A stretch of 64,000 nt of DNA from Enterococcus sulfureus ATCC 49903. GTDB taxonomy: Bacteria > Bacillota > Bacilli > Lactobacillales > Enterococcaceae. The first letter of the stretch is position 1. Every line of letters begins with the position of its first letter. The notes below the pieces were generated by a model, which did not search any database, had not been told where the DNA came from, and saw only the letters and a program-made list of their open reading frames with translations. The position numbers and the translations under genes are program-made. Of the stretch, positions 1 through 8,993 are shown one piece after another. The stretch is taken from assembly GCF_000407605.1 (NCBI RefSeq), contig NZ_ASWO01000005.1, positions 563,227 to 627,226 on the forward strand, given 5' to 3'.

Positions 1-207
1 GGTCAAGACATCACTACGTTTAGCTAGTTCTCCTAACGCCAGTGTATCTTCATAATCGGCAACAATATGCCAATCGGCAACTTGTGCTGCGGGGCAATCA
101 TTCGTTGGATCCAATACACCCACTCTAAAGCCCATAGTTTTGGCACTCATGGCCATCATTCTTCCAAGTTGTCCGCCACCAACGATTCCAATCGTTGCGC
201 CTGGCAT
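1..207 (-). CDS. purK: N5-carboxyaminoimidazole ribonucleotide synthase PurK, N-terminal part (gene continues past window start)
   Basis: Minus-strand ATG at 205-207 gives MPGATIGIVGGGQLGRMMAMSAKTMGF..., an ATP-grasp N-terminus typical of PurK. It starts 4 nt after the purE stop. Confidence 0.8.
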   Translation of the reverse strand, partial: MPGATIGIVGGGQLGRMMAMSAKTMGFRVGVLDPTNDCPAAQVADWHIVADYEDTLALGELAKRSDVLT

Positions 208-214
208 CAATAGA

Positions 215-700
215 TTACTCAAGTTGATCACTACTTTCTTCCACGATTTGCATCAATTCATTTCGATACGATGTCAGTTTTTCTGCTATAGTCCTATCAT
301 ATATGGAAAAGATTTGCACCGCAAGTAGTCCAGCGTTAATTGCACCAGATTTTCCAATTGCCGTCGTTGCTACTGGGATCCCTCCTGGCATCTGTACAAT
401 CGATAATAGTGAATCCATCCCACTTAGTGCTTGGCTTTTTACAGGTACGCCGATTACAGGTAATGTTGTTTTTGCGGCAACCATTCCTGGTAAATGTGCC
501 GCCCCTCCAGCACCAGCAATGATGACATCATAGTTATCGCGAGCTTGTTGGGCAAAGGTATATAACTTGTCTGGTGTACGATGAGCCGAAACAACAGCTT
601 TATCATACGCAATCCCAAATTTTTCTAGTATCAGACACGCTTCTTTCATCGTCTCCCAGTCTGATTTACTCCCCATAATCACGGCCACTTTTTGTTTCAT
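215..700 (-). CDS. purE: N5-CAIR mutase PurE
   Basis: [18 protein letters not shown]...[12 protein letters not shown] is the PurE signature. The ORF track runs to 739, but the RBS ggaggaagtgg precedes the internal ATG, so the start is at 700. Confidence 0.9.
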   Translation of the reverse strand: MKQKVAVIMGSKSDWETMKEACLILEKFGIAYDKAVVSAHRTPDKLYTFAQQARDNYDVIIAGAGGAAHLPGMVAAKTTLPVIGVPVKSQALSGMDSLLSIVQMPGGIPVATTAIGKSGAINAGLLAVQIFSIYDRTIAEKLTSYRNELMQIVEESSDQLE

Positions 701-745
701 TCCACTTCCTCCTTGTTTAACTGGTGCCCAAAAAAGCACATACGT

Positions 746-2050
746 CTAAAGGGACGTATCTGCTATGGACATTTTGTTTTGTTTACGTTTGTTGATATGA
801 AATACACTATTTAAGCACACTGCACTAATACTACTCATCACAATCCCATTGCTGGTAAACATTTGAATAGCTTCCGGAAAATGTGCAAAAAGTGTTGGCA
901 TCATATTAAACCCAAGGCCAAATCCTAATGAGATGGCAACCGTTAATAAATTGCGTTCATCTGAAAAATCAGTCTGACTCAGCATGCGTAATCCAGCAAC
1001 AGCAACCATTCCAAACATCACAAGCATCCCCCCACCTAATACAGGTTCTGGGATCACTTGCGCTACAGCACCAACTTTAGGAAATAAACCTAACACAACC
1101 AGTAAACTTCCTGCAATCACAATTGGTTTACGTGAGGTGATCTTAGACAATTGAACCAAGCCTACATTTTGTGAAAACCCTGTATGCGGGAACGTATTCA
1201 CCAATCCACCAAGTAAAATCGCAAATCCTTCTGTACGATAAGCACGTTCTAAATCTTTTGTTGACAGTTCTTTTCCGCTAAGCTCAGCTAAAGCGAAGTA
1301 CACACCAGTCGATTCCACCATACATACCGTTACGATAATAATCATTAAGACGATCGGCACCAAATGAAATGTCGGCATCCCAAAGTAAAATAGTTTTGGA
1401 ACTTGAAACAAAGTCGCTTGTTGGATCGGTTGGGTTGAAATCCCAGTCGTCAACATCGTAAAAAGTGTTCCGCCAACAAGTCCGATCAATACTGAGATCG
1501 AGCGAATAAAGCCTTTACCAAATCCTTGTACCACTAAAATCAACGCGATCGTAATAAACGCTTGTAATAGGGTCATAAATGAACCAAAGTTTTCTCCACT
1601 TTGATTTCCACCGCCCATTTTTTCGATTGCAACTGGAATTAAGGTTAAGCCAATCGTTGTAATGACAGTTCCAGTTACGATCGGTGGAAACAATCGTTTG
1701 ATTTTTGAGAATAATCGTGCGAATACCATCAAAAATACACCTGCAGCGATGACCGCACCAAATACAGCCGGTAAGCCATATTGCTGCCCAATTAAAATAG
1801 CCGGTCCTACGCCTTGAATCGCACATCCTAACATCACAGGCAAGCCAATACCAAAATAACGGCTCATTGTCACTTGTAACAAGGTCGCAACACCACACAT
1901 TAAAATATCGATTGAAAGTAAATATGTCAGTGCTTCACTTGATAACCCTAAACCTGTTCCAATCAATAAAGGAACGGCGATTGCACCTGCATACATCGCA
2001 AGTAAGTGCTGAATTCCGATTAAAGAAGCTTTTGTATGATGTGTCGGCAT
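746..2050 (-). CDS. pbuX: NCS2-family xanthine/uracil permease, likely xanthine permease
   Basis: 434 aa polytopic membrane protein with NCS2-like motifs. Its start overlaps the xpt stop (ATGA), giving a classic xpt-pbuX pair. Confidence 0.8.
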   Translation of the reverse strand: MPTHHTKASLIGIQHLLAMYAGAIAVPLLIGTGLGLSSEALTYLLSIDILMCGVATLLQVTMSRYFGIGLPVMLGCAIQGVGPAILIGQQYGLPAVFGAVIAAGVFLMVFARLFSKIKRLFPPIVTGTVITTIGLTLIPVAIEKMGGGNQSGENFGSFMTLLQAFITIALILVVQGFGKGFIRSISVLIGLVGGTLFTMLTTGISTQPIQQATLFQVPKLFYFGMPTFHLVPIVLMIIIVTVCMVESTGVYFALAELSGKELSTKDLERAYRTEGFAILLGGLVNTFPHTGFSQNVGLVQLSKITSRKPIVIAGSLLVVLGLFPKVGAVAQVIPEPVLGGGMLVMFGMVAVAGLRMLSQTDFSDERNLLTVAISLGFGLGFNMMPTLFAHFPEAIQMFTSNGIVMSSISAVCLNSVFHINKRKQNKMSIADTSL

Positions 2051-2631
2051 TATTCGTCATCTCCTAAAAAGTCAATCTGTTGATTTTCTAATGAAGCAAT
2101 TCGAGCTAAAGAATAGACAGGTAATTCCATCGATTCCAACAGCGCTCGTCCAGGTTGAAATGATTTTTCAATCAAGATCCCAATTCCACAGACTGTGGCA
2201 CCAGCTTGCTGACACAATGCCGCCAACCCTTTCGCAGCTTGGCCATTTGCTAAGAAGTCATCGATGATCAATACACGATCTTCTTGATGTAAAAACTTTT
2301 TAGAGATCGAAATTTGGCTAGTGATTTGCTTGGTAAACGAATAGACTTCACTCGTTAATAACTCCTCATCCATCGTTAAACTTTTCGCTTTACGTGCAAA
2401 AATCATCGGTACCCCTAATGCTTGTGCAGTATAAAGTGCAGGTGCAATCCCTGAAGATTCAAGCGTGACAACTTTTGTAATCTGTTGTGTGCGAAACTTA
2501 CGAGCAAATTCTTGCCCGATCTTTTCCATTAATTCAGGATCCACTTGATGTGTGATAAAAGAATCAACCTTTAATACTCCTTTTGTTAGAATATTGCCAT
2601 CTTGTTTGATACGATCTTGTAATGCTTTCAT
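2050..2631 (-). CDS. xpt: xanthine phosphoribosyltransferase
   Basis: 193 aa; [32 protein letters not shown]... with a PRTase motif [13 protein letters not shown]. Confidence 0.9.
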   Translation of the reverse strand: MKALQDRIKQDGNILTKGVLKVDSFITHQVDPELMEKIGQEFARKFRTQQITKVVTLESSGIAPALYTAQALGVPMIFARKAKSLTMDEELLTSEVYSFTKQITSQISISKKFLHQEDRVLIIDDFLANGQAAKGLAALCQQAGATVCGIGILIEKSFQPGRALLESMELPVYSLARIASLENQQIDFLGDDE

Positions 2632-2692
2632 ACTGAACCCCTTTGACTTTTGATAAGGTATTTTTCATAGCCAAACTTATGTCAGTATCCGT

Positions 2693-2749
2693 CAATAAAA
2701 AAAAGTGCATCTTTTTTGCGTAGGGCAAAAAAGACGCACTTAAACAGCG
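2693..2749 (-). terminator. riboswitch expression-platform intrinsic terminator (attenuator)
   Basis: Minus-strand GUGCGUCUUUUUUGCC CUA CGCAAAAAAGAUGCAC followed by a U-run of 8 or more. It lies between the aptamer and the xpt RBS. Confidence 0.7.
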
Positions 2750-2758
2750 TACTTTTTT

Positions 2759-2822
2759 ACTCATAGTCTGATATTTACGGTATCAGGTAGAAACTGTCGA
2801 CCAATTACGACGATATATAAGT
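2759..2822 (-). ncRNA. purine riboswitch aptamer (guanine/xanthine class, C74-type)
   Basis: Minus-strand ACUUAUAUAUCGUCGUAAUUGGUCGACAGUUUCUACCUGAUACCGUAAAUAUCAGACUAUGAGU. The conserved GUUUCUACC and CCGUAAAU motifs and the P1/P2/P3 architecture are present. GACUAUG carries the C-specificity nucleotide. Confidence 0.8.
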
Positions 2823-2851
2823 AAGGACTAATTATGAAAAACTCAAGTTTT

Positions 2852-2880
2852 ATTATGCCGATAATTTTTTAAAAAAACAA
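2852..2880 (-). promoter_or_regulatory. putative sigma-A promoter of the riboswitch-xpt-pbuX unit
   Basis: Minus strand TTGTTT, 17-nt spacer, CATAAT, about 30 nt upstream of the aptamer. Confidence 0.35.
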
Positions 2881-2881
2881 G

Positions 2882-2910
2882 AAAAAAAATAGGTAAAGAC
2901 CTATTTTTTT
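2882..2910. terminator. bidirectional intrinsic terminator ending the upstream 6-gene operon
   Basis: AAAAAAAATAGGT AAAG ACCTATTTTTTT: a hairpin flanked by an A-run and a T-run, directly after the stop at 2913. Confidence 0.6.
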
Positions 2911-2912
2911 CG

Positions 2913-3602
2913 TTAATGTTCGGAATCATACTGTTCTTTTTCAGATTCACGGTATTTTTTCATTTTAACGCTAAACAATTCACCATTCGTCGGTGGCGTA
3001 TAGCTGATTGCATTCGCTCCAGCTTCGATCGTTGTTAAAATTTCTTTTTCCGTTGGCCCACCAGTGGCAATGATCGGTAGTTCAGGATACTTTGTACGAA
3101 AATACCGGACAGTATCTGCTGTATCTTTTCCCGCACTGATATTAATGATTTTTACTCCAGCTGCTAATTTTTCTTCGATATCGCTGTAGCGACTCGTTAC
3201 CGTACTAATGACTGGGATATCGACTACTTTACAGACTGATTTGACCGTTTGAACAGGTGTCGGTGCATTTAACACAACACCTAAAGAACCTTGCGCTTCT
3301 GCAAATAGACTCATATACACACAACGTTGTCCTTGTGTTAAGCCTCCTCCCACACCTGAAAAGACCGGGATATTCGCTGATTCAATAATACTTTTCGTAA
3401 TTGCTGGATGAGGAGTAAATGGATATACTGCAATGACTGCATCTGCATTCGTATTATGGATCACAGCAATATCAGTAGAAAATAAAATCGATTTGATTTT
3501 TTTGCCAAATAATCGAATCCCACTTGCTTTTTTGATTACTTCGGGAACTTTAACAATATCTTGACGCAATGCTGAGCTGATTTCAGGTACAAATGACTCC
3601 AT
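2913..3602 (-). CDS. (beta/alpha)8-barrel protein, GlpP-like (glycerol-3-phosphate antiterminator family) fold; function unknown
   Basis: Alternating beta/alpha pattern (VIAVYPF, IPVFSGVGGG, IPVISTV, VKIINIS, LPIIATGG, ANAISYT). The C-terminus LPIIATGGPTEKEILTTIEAGANAIS resembles GlpP. Start taken at MESF (RBS AAAGGAAG), not at the upstream ATG. Confidence 0.45.
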   Translation of the reverse strand: MESFVPEISSALRQDIVKVPEVIKKASGIRLFGKKIKSILFSTDIAVIHNTNADAVIAVYPFTPHPAITKSIIESANIPVFSGVGGGLTQGQRCVYMSLFAEAQGSLGVVLNAPTPVQTVKSVCKVVDIPVISTVTSRYSDIEEKLAAGVKIINISAGKDTADTVRYFRTKYPELPIIATGGPTEKEILTTIEAGANAISYTPPTNGELFSVKMKKYRESEKEQYDSEH

Positions 3603-3615
3603 ATGATCGCTTCCT

Positions 3616-4218
3616 TTAGTCGTATTGGTATAATGCATTTTCTTCAATCACTGCCTTGATTTTTGCAGCATATGTTGGGTCTGTTGCATATCCTGCTGCT
3701 TGCAAGGCCTCTGCAGCTTCTTGATAGTTTGAAGCCGTCAATACCGCTTCATATTTTTGTGGATTCCAAGTAACACCATTAACAAATAACAAGGTATGAT
3801 CATCCATCGAAGCTTCCCAAGAATCATACACTCGAAAATCGCCCTTGATCGTAATCCACTGCTCATTCACAAATTCCTGCGTATCAAGTTTGATCTTCTT
3901 TTGATTTCCATAGGCTTTGATCCCAAATAAGTTGTTGTACTTACTGGCTAACTCACTTTGGCCCCAGTCTGATTCTAAAATGGCTTGTCCCAAAATAATA
4001 CTAGGCAAAATGCCATACCCTTCTTGTAATTCTTTAGCATGTGGTGCTAATGTTTTCACAAATTCTTCTCGGCTTACAGGCTGCGTTGTTTCACTCTGGG
4101 TAATATAGCGAAAAATAGGTGTTGTCAGTTGTTTTAATGAAAACATAAATGCACCTAAAATCATCACTAGTCCCAGTAAAATCATTATTTTTTGACGTTG
4201 TCGTTTCTTTTTTTTCAT
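3616..4218 (-). CDS. membrane-anchored mannosyl-glycoprotein endo-beta-N-acetylglucosaminidase (GH73 glucosaminidase domain)
   Basis: N-terminal K-rich segment plus one TM helix, then AILESDWGQSELASKYNNLFGIKA, the FlgJ/GH73 glucosaminidase signature. Confidence 0.8.
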   Translation of the reverse strand: MKKKKRQRQKIMILLGLVMILGAFMFSLKQLTTPIFRYITQSETTQPVSREEFVKTLAPHAKELQEGYGILPSIILGQAILESDWGQSELASKYNNLFGIKAYGNQKKIKLDTQEFVNEQWITIKGDFRVYDSWEASMDDHTLLFVNGVTWNPQKYEAVLTASNYQEAAEALQAAGYATDPTYAAKIKAVIEENALYQYD

Positions 4219-4231
4219 GATCCCTCTTTTT

Positions 4232-4735
4232 TTAAATTTCTTCTAAGCGCTCATTCATCCATTCGATGAGTGCTTGTGGTTCCCTAGTGATCGCTTTTTG
4301 TAATACTGCTGGAACTCTAAAACTTAAGACGTCATCAAATCCCCATTCTCCATAAGAGATCGTGACTTTAAGATTTAACCACTGTTGACCATTTTGTTGC
4401 AAGTCTTGAGGTAACAGTTCCACCGTTCCTAATCCATGTTGTAACCATTCTTGAGCGATTTTTAATTTCATTTTCCGATAGTCTTCCATCGCAACTGTTC
4501 GTTTTTCAGGATAAATCACGCTTTGACGTAGTACTTTTTGAACGACCATCCATTCATAGTCACTGAACAAATTCACAATTTTTTGATTTAATTCTGGCGA
4601 AAGATTTGTCATTCCTTCTTTCCATAAACGCCATTTTCCATCCGTTAACCCTAATGTATGGAGTACAAATTCCTCTTCTGAAGAATATTTTTCTAAAATT
4701 GTTTGGGTGACAATCTCTACATAAATTGAATGCAT
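4232..4735 (-). CDS. conserved hypothetical cytoplasmic protein (167 aa)
   Basis: Good coding periodicity, 13-15 nt gaps to both flanking genes. No motif recognised. Confidence 0.6.
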   Translation of the reverse strand: MHSIYVEIVTQTILEKYSSEEEFVLHTLGLTDGKWRLWKEGMTNLSPELNQKIVNLFSDYEWMVVQKVLRQSVIYPEKRTVAMEDYRKMKLKIAQEWLQHGLGTVELLPQDLQQNGQQWLNLKVTISYGEWGFDDVLSFRVPAVLQKAITREPQALIEWMNERLEEI

Positions 4736-4750
4736 CTTATTTTCCTCCTT

Positions 4751-5716
4751 TTATTTTTGAACTACATGTTGAAATGTATCGAAAAATTCAGATTTAATTT
4801 CGATAAATCCTTTAAATGATTGTAAAAATTGAAATAGACGCGCGCGATTCTCAAATTCGTCACGATTTTTAGGGAGTGCTTGTCGCTGGTAAAATAAAAA
4901 GAGTGCTTCGACTTTTTCAAGCAAGAGCGTACCATCATTTTTCTCAGCAAATGTCTGAGCAGTAAAGGCCAATACTTCTTTTAATTCTACTAGTAGAGCG
5001 CTATCTACAGCAATCGTTCGTTGCAGTATCAGCATATCTTGTAGCATTCGTACTTGAGCACTTCGCATCAAAAAGTATTCTTCAAAATAGATTGGCTCTT
5101 CGAAAAAATGATCTTCTTGATACAATCGCGCTTGTTTTTGTCCTTCATGTAGTTTTTTCATCAAGTCGCGACTGTCTTCAATCAATTGTGCCAATTGATC
5201 TCCAGTTGGCCAAATCGATAGATCCCATAATAATGCTCGAAATAGTTCCTCTGCAGCTCGTTGTTGTTTGACAAGTTCTTTTTTACGATCAGGCATATAT
5301 AAATTCATAACGACCGCCATTCCTGCGCCAATCCCCATTAACAAAAATTCATTTCCAATCAACGATAACGAAAAATGAGCTTCTGTTAAATAATGAGTCA
5401 CTAGTACCGAACTCACCACAATCCCTTCTGTTAACTTTAACTTTACAACAATCGGGATAAAAAGCAATAAATAGATCCCAAATGAAAGTGGTGAGAAGCC
5501 TACCCATTCAAAAATACAAAATGAAACGAGTGTTGCCACAACCAATGACAGTAAACGTTCAATTCCTGTGTGTAACGAATTTTTTTTCGTACCAGCTAAA
5601 CTTAAAATCGCGATCACTCCCGCAGAAGCGGCAAAGTGTAACCCAATCCATTGTGCGATATACATTGCGAGTACACTTGCAATCGCTGTTTTTACTGTTC
5701 GTAACCCGATCCTCAT
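4751..5716 (-). CDS. aromatic acid exporter (ArAE / FUSC-like) family membrane protein
   Basis: N-terminal half has 5-6 TM helices (MRIGLRTVKTAIASVLAMYIAQWIG...), C-terminal half is a cytoplasmic helical domain. RBS AAAGGGG. Confidence 0.7.
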   Translation of the reverse strand: MRIGLRTVKTAIASVLAMYIAQWIGLHFAASAGVIAILSLAGTKKNSLHTGIERLLSLVVATLVSFCIFEWVGFSPLSFGIYLLLFIPIVVKLKLTEGIVVSSVLVTHYLTEAHFSLSLIGNEFLLMGIGAGMAVVMNLYMPDRKKELVKQQRAAEELFRALLWDLSIWPTGDQLAQLIEDSRDLMKKLHEGQKQARLYQEDHFFEEPIYFEEYFLMRSAQVRMLQDMLILQRTIAVDSALLVELKEVLAFTAQTFAEKNDGTLLLEKVEALFLFYQRQALPKNRDEFENRARLFQFLQSFKGFIEIKSEFFDTFQHVVQK

Positions 5717-5729
5717 CTATCAAACCCCT

Positions 5730-8150
5730 TTATTCATTCGCTTTTAACGCATCTAACATGTTAATTTTTTTCAATGTACGATGTGTCGCCACACCGACAA
5801 TTGCAACAAATAGATACGTTAACCCAATCGAATAGACATAACTGATGCCATTAATCGTTGGAGAGAACATGGTCGTATCCATTTCAACTGTTTGGATCAC
5901 AAACGCATGCAACAACACGCCCATTCCTAAGCCGACGAGTGTTCCTACAGTCGATAAAATGATATTTTCACGAACGATATAAAATGTCACTTCACGATCA
6001 AAAAATCCTAATACTTTGATTGTGGACAACTCACGCACTCTTTCTGCTACACTCATTGTATTTAAACTATATAAGACAATAAAGGCCAATAATCCTGCTG
6101 AGATAATCAATACCCACATCACAATCGTCAAAACGCCTAACGAACTTTCTAGTTCCGTCTTCACTTTACTTAAATAGCTCACATTGATAACGTCTGTTTC
6201 TTTCATCCAAGTAGACGTCAACTCATCTTGGCGTTTGGAAGATAGCGATTGATCAAAGGTCACCAGAGCTGTCGTGTACGTTGGATTTTTTTTAGCGACC
6301 TCTTGATAATAAGTTGGGGTCAAGTATAGTGCATGATTGACATAATTTTCCGTGATCCCCGCAATTTTTATGGTTAATTCTTGATTATTGGTTTGTTTTA
6401 CAACAACTGAATCGCCTACTTGTAATGAAAATAAGTTGGCTAGCTTTTGCGTTACGATAGCTCCATCATCGCTTAGCAATAGAGGTTTATTATTCTTTGC
6501 TTGATGTAATGCATAAAAATCAGGGACTTCAGATTTCGTTTCTGGTACGATCATCGATACCGTTTGTTTGGCGTAGGCTGAACTTGTTGTGGTGACTTCT
6601 TGTGTAAAAATCGGCAAGACAGCTTTTACATCTTTCGTCTCGGATAGTTTTTCAATTGTTGGCTGATTTTCTTGGCTTAACGTTACGATAGCCTCGTAGC
6701 GCCAAATTTTATCAAACTGTAACGGGATCATTTCACTGATGGAATCTTTCAATCCAAACCCCGTTAAGATCATCGCTGTACAACCTGCAATCCCTAAAAT
6801 CGTCATCCACATTCTCGCCTTATAGCGAAACAAATTGCGAAACATTACTTTGTACGTAAAACTTAATCGGCGCCAAAAGAAAGGTAGTCGCTCAAGTAAG
6901 ATTTTTTTACCTGCTTTAGGTGCCTTAGGACGCATTAATACTGCAGGAACTTTAATTAATTCCACACGTACGACAAAAATGGCTACAACAACAGTACACA
7001 GCAGTGAAACACCTGAAGCAATCAAAACCAACGGCCACTGCCAAGGCGTTTGATACCCAATAATGTCATAGACTTGTCCATACGCTTCAATAATAATACG
7101 TGGGAACAAATAAAACCCTATACTTAAACCAAGCAAAATCCCACTGACACATGCAAGCGTCACATAAATCAAAAATTTCGAGGCAATCTCTGTTGGTCGA
7201 TAGCCCAATGCAAAATACGTTCCGATTTCTAAGCGTTTTTCTTCTACCATCCGGCTCACTGAGGTCAAACTAATTAAGGCTGCCACAAAAAAGAAAATAA
7301 CGGGAAAGACAGTGGATAAGGAAGAAATACGATCTGCATTTTGTTCATATTCTTCATAACCAGGTAAATCCGCACGTGTCGTCAGTAAAAGTGGTTGCAT
7401 CAAATAGGCCTGTTGTTTTACTTCAGGGAGTGTAGCTGCTTGTTTTTTCAACTCTTCTTTAAACAAAGTATCAAACTTCGCTTTTGCCTGTTCTTTTTGT
7501 TTTGCAGTCGTTCCTGCTTTAAACGTCAAGGCGATTTGATTGGCTTCATCCATCTTGAAATTATCGGGTAGCGCGTAGGCAAAGTAGGTCAATGAACCAT
7601 TTTTTAATGTCGTAGTCCCACGATTATCTTTTGATAAAAATTCAGGGCTCGCGACATATCCCACAATAGTATAGGTCATTTCATGTAACTGATCATTGGA
7701 TTCAAACGTAATCGAATCTTGTAAGTGATACCCCTTTGTCTCTTTTGCTAAAGCATCGATAACTAGTTCATTTTTTTGCTTTGGCATCCGTCCTTCAATC
7801 AATTCGAGTTGATTGATTTTAGGATCGTTGTAAGAAAATAGTCGAATCACATCTTGTGTGTTTTTTTGCGTCACATCTACTCTATCTTGTGTGTCTACCT
7901 CTTTTACTAAAGAGTCCGTCTTGATTTTTTCTACAAATGATGATTGGAACCCATTAGGTGTATAGAGTGTCATGTCTGCTAAATTTGTTCGTTCATAATA
8001 TGTTTTTGCCGCTTGCTTCATGTCTGGCCCAGTGGCACTGATACCTACAAAAAAAGCTACTCCGAGCAAAATAATCGTCATCAGTGACAAAAAACGTCCT
8101 GGCGTTGTCCTAATTTCACGCAAACTGGTTTTTAATAATGTTTTTTTCAT
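5730..8150 (-). CDS. ABC transporter permease, MacB/FtsX-type with two FtsX domains and large extracytoplasmic loops
   Basis: 806 aa. TM clusters at the N-terminus, the middle (res ~270-420) and the C-terminus (res ~660-800). RBS AAAGGTGG. It starts 13 nt after the ATPase gene. Confidence 0.8.
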   Translation of the reverse strand: MKKTLLKTSLREIRTTPGRFLSLMTIILLGVAFFVGISATGPDMKQAAKTYYERTNLADMTLYTPNGFQSSFVEKIKTDSLVKEVDTQDRVDVTQKNTQDVIRLFSYNDPKINQLELIEGRMPKQKNELVIDALAKETKGYHLQDSITFESNDQLHEMTYTIVGYVASPEFLSKDNRGTTTLKNGSLTYFAYALPDNFKMDEANQIALTFKAGTTAKQKEQAKAKFDTLFKEELKKQAATLPEVKQQAYLMQPLLLTTRADLPGYEEYEQNADRISSLSTVFPVIFFFVAALISLTSVSRMVEEKRLEIGTYFALGYRPTEIASKFLIYVTLACVSGILLGLSIGFYLFPRIIIEAYGQVYDIIGYQTPWQWPLVLIASGVSLLCTVVVAIFVVRVELIKVPAVLMRPKAPKAGKKILLERLPFFWRRLSFTYKVMFRNLFRYKARMWMTILGIAGCTAMILTGFGLKDSISEMIPLQFDKIWRYEAIVTLSQENQPTIEKLSETKDVKAVLPIFTQEVTTTSSAYAKQTVSMIVPETKSEVPDFYALHQAKNNKPLLLSDDGAIVTQKLANLFSLQVGDSVVVKQTNNQELTIKIAGITENYVNHALYLTPTYYQEVAKKNPTYTTALVTFDQSLSSKRQDELTSTWMKETDVINVSYLSKVKTELESSLGVLTIVMWVLIISAGLLAFIVLYSLNTMSVAERVRELSTIKVLGFFDREVTFYIVRENIILSTVGTLVGLGMGVLLHAFVIQTVEMDTTMFSPTINGISYVYSIGLTYLFVAIVGVATHRTLKKINMLDALKANE

Positions 8151-8163
8151 TGATCGTCCACCT

Positions 8164-8865
8164 TTACCATTCGATTTGTGCTACTGGTGTCGGATTTGGT
8201 TGATCAACTACACTTGTAACTTTTCCATCATTCATACGGATCACGCGATTGGCCATTGGTGCAATCAACGAATTGTGTGTGATGATTACGACGGTTGTCT
8301 TTTCGTTACGAGCGGCATTTTCTAATAACATCAAAATTTGTTTCCCCGTTTCATAATCCAAAGCTCCAGTTGGTTCATCACATAATAATAATTTAGGTTT
8401 TTTCGCCAATGCTCGTGCGATCGTTACTCGTTGTTGTTCTCCACCAGACAATTGTGCGGGAAAATTATGGATGCGATTTTTTAAGCCAACTTCTTGCAAA
8501 GTTTGCGTTGCATCTTTTGCTTCTTTCACGATCTCTGTCGCTAGTTCAACATTTTCTAAAGCGGTTAAGTTCGGCACTAAATTGTAGAATTGGAAAATAA
8601 ATCCTACAGATTCTCGACGATAACGAATCAATTCTTTTTTATTAAACTGAGCAATATCCTCTTTGTCTACTATAACTTGACCACTTGTCGGCGAATCCAT
8701 TCCACCAAGAATATTTAAAACCGTTGATTTACCTGCACCACTCGGGCCTAAAATCACAGTAACATCGCCTTCTTCAATCGCAAATGTCACCTTATCGTTT
8801 GCGGTAATCGTTGTTTCTCCCATTTGATAAATTTTAGATTCTTCGATTAATTCAATATAAGACAT
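8164..8865 (-). CDS. ABC transporter ATP-binding protein (MacB/LolD-like)
   Basis: Walker [10 protein letters not shown], signature LSGGEQQRV, Walker B LLLCDEPT. Start taken at MSYIEL (RBS GGAGG), not at the upstream ATG at 8898. Confidence 0.85.
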   Translation of the reverse strand: MSYIELIEESKIYQMGETTITANDKVTFAIEEGDVTVILGPSGAGKSTVLNILGGMDSPTSGQVIVDKEDIAQFNKKELIRYRRESVGFIFQFYNLVPNLTALENVELATEIVKEAKDATQTLQEVGLKNRIHNFPAQLSGGEQQRVTIARALAKKPKLLLCDEPTGALDYETGKQILMLLENAARNEKTTVVIITHNSLIAPMANRVIRMNDGKVTSVVDQPNPTPVAQIEW

Positions 8866-8935
8866 CCAAACCCTCCTCTGTTTTCTGTAAGTAAACATAG
8901 TTTATCACAAATTAGCCTGGGATTCGACGAATCAA

Positions 8936-8982
8936 AAAGAAAGAAAAAAGTTGTTTTTCCCAAATATATGAGAAAAACAACT
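8936..8982 (-). terminator. intrinsic terminator after nagA
   Basis: Minus strand AGTTGTTTTTC...GAAAAACAACT followed by a T-rich run. Confidence 0.6.
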
Positions 8983-8993
8983 AAACAGATTCA

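Noticed and set aside
701-745. Possible terminator hairpins (ACGTC taaaggg GACGT and GTGC ttttttgg GCAC) between pbuX and purE
   Set aside because: The stems are only 4-5 bp and the gap is just 45 bp including the purE RBS. They are too weak to call. purE more likely has read-through or its own promoter within the pbuX 3' end.
1515-1898. 127-aa minus-strand ORF inside pbuX in another frame, and many similar 60-130 aa ORFs in the track (e.g. 303..533, 20699..21055, 35733..36031, 50283..50942)
   Set aside because: All lie antisense to or out of frame within well-supported long genes. They have low-complexity or Cys/His/Phe-rich odd composition and no RBS. They are typical shadow ORFs.
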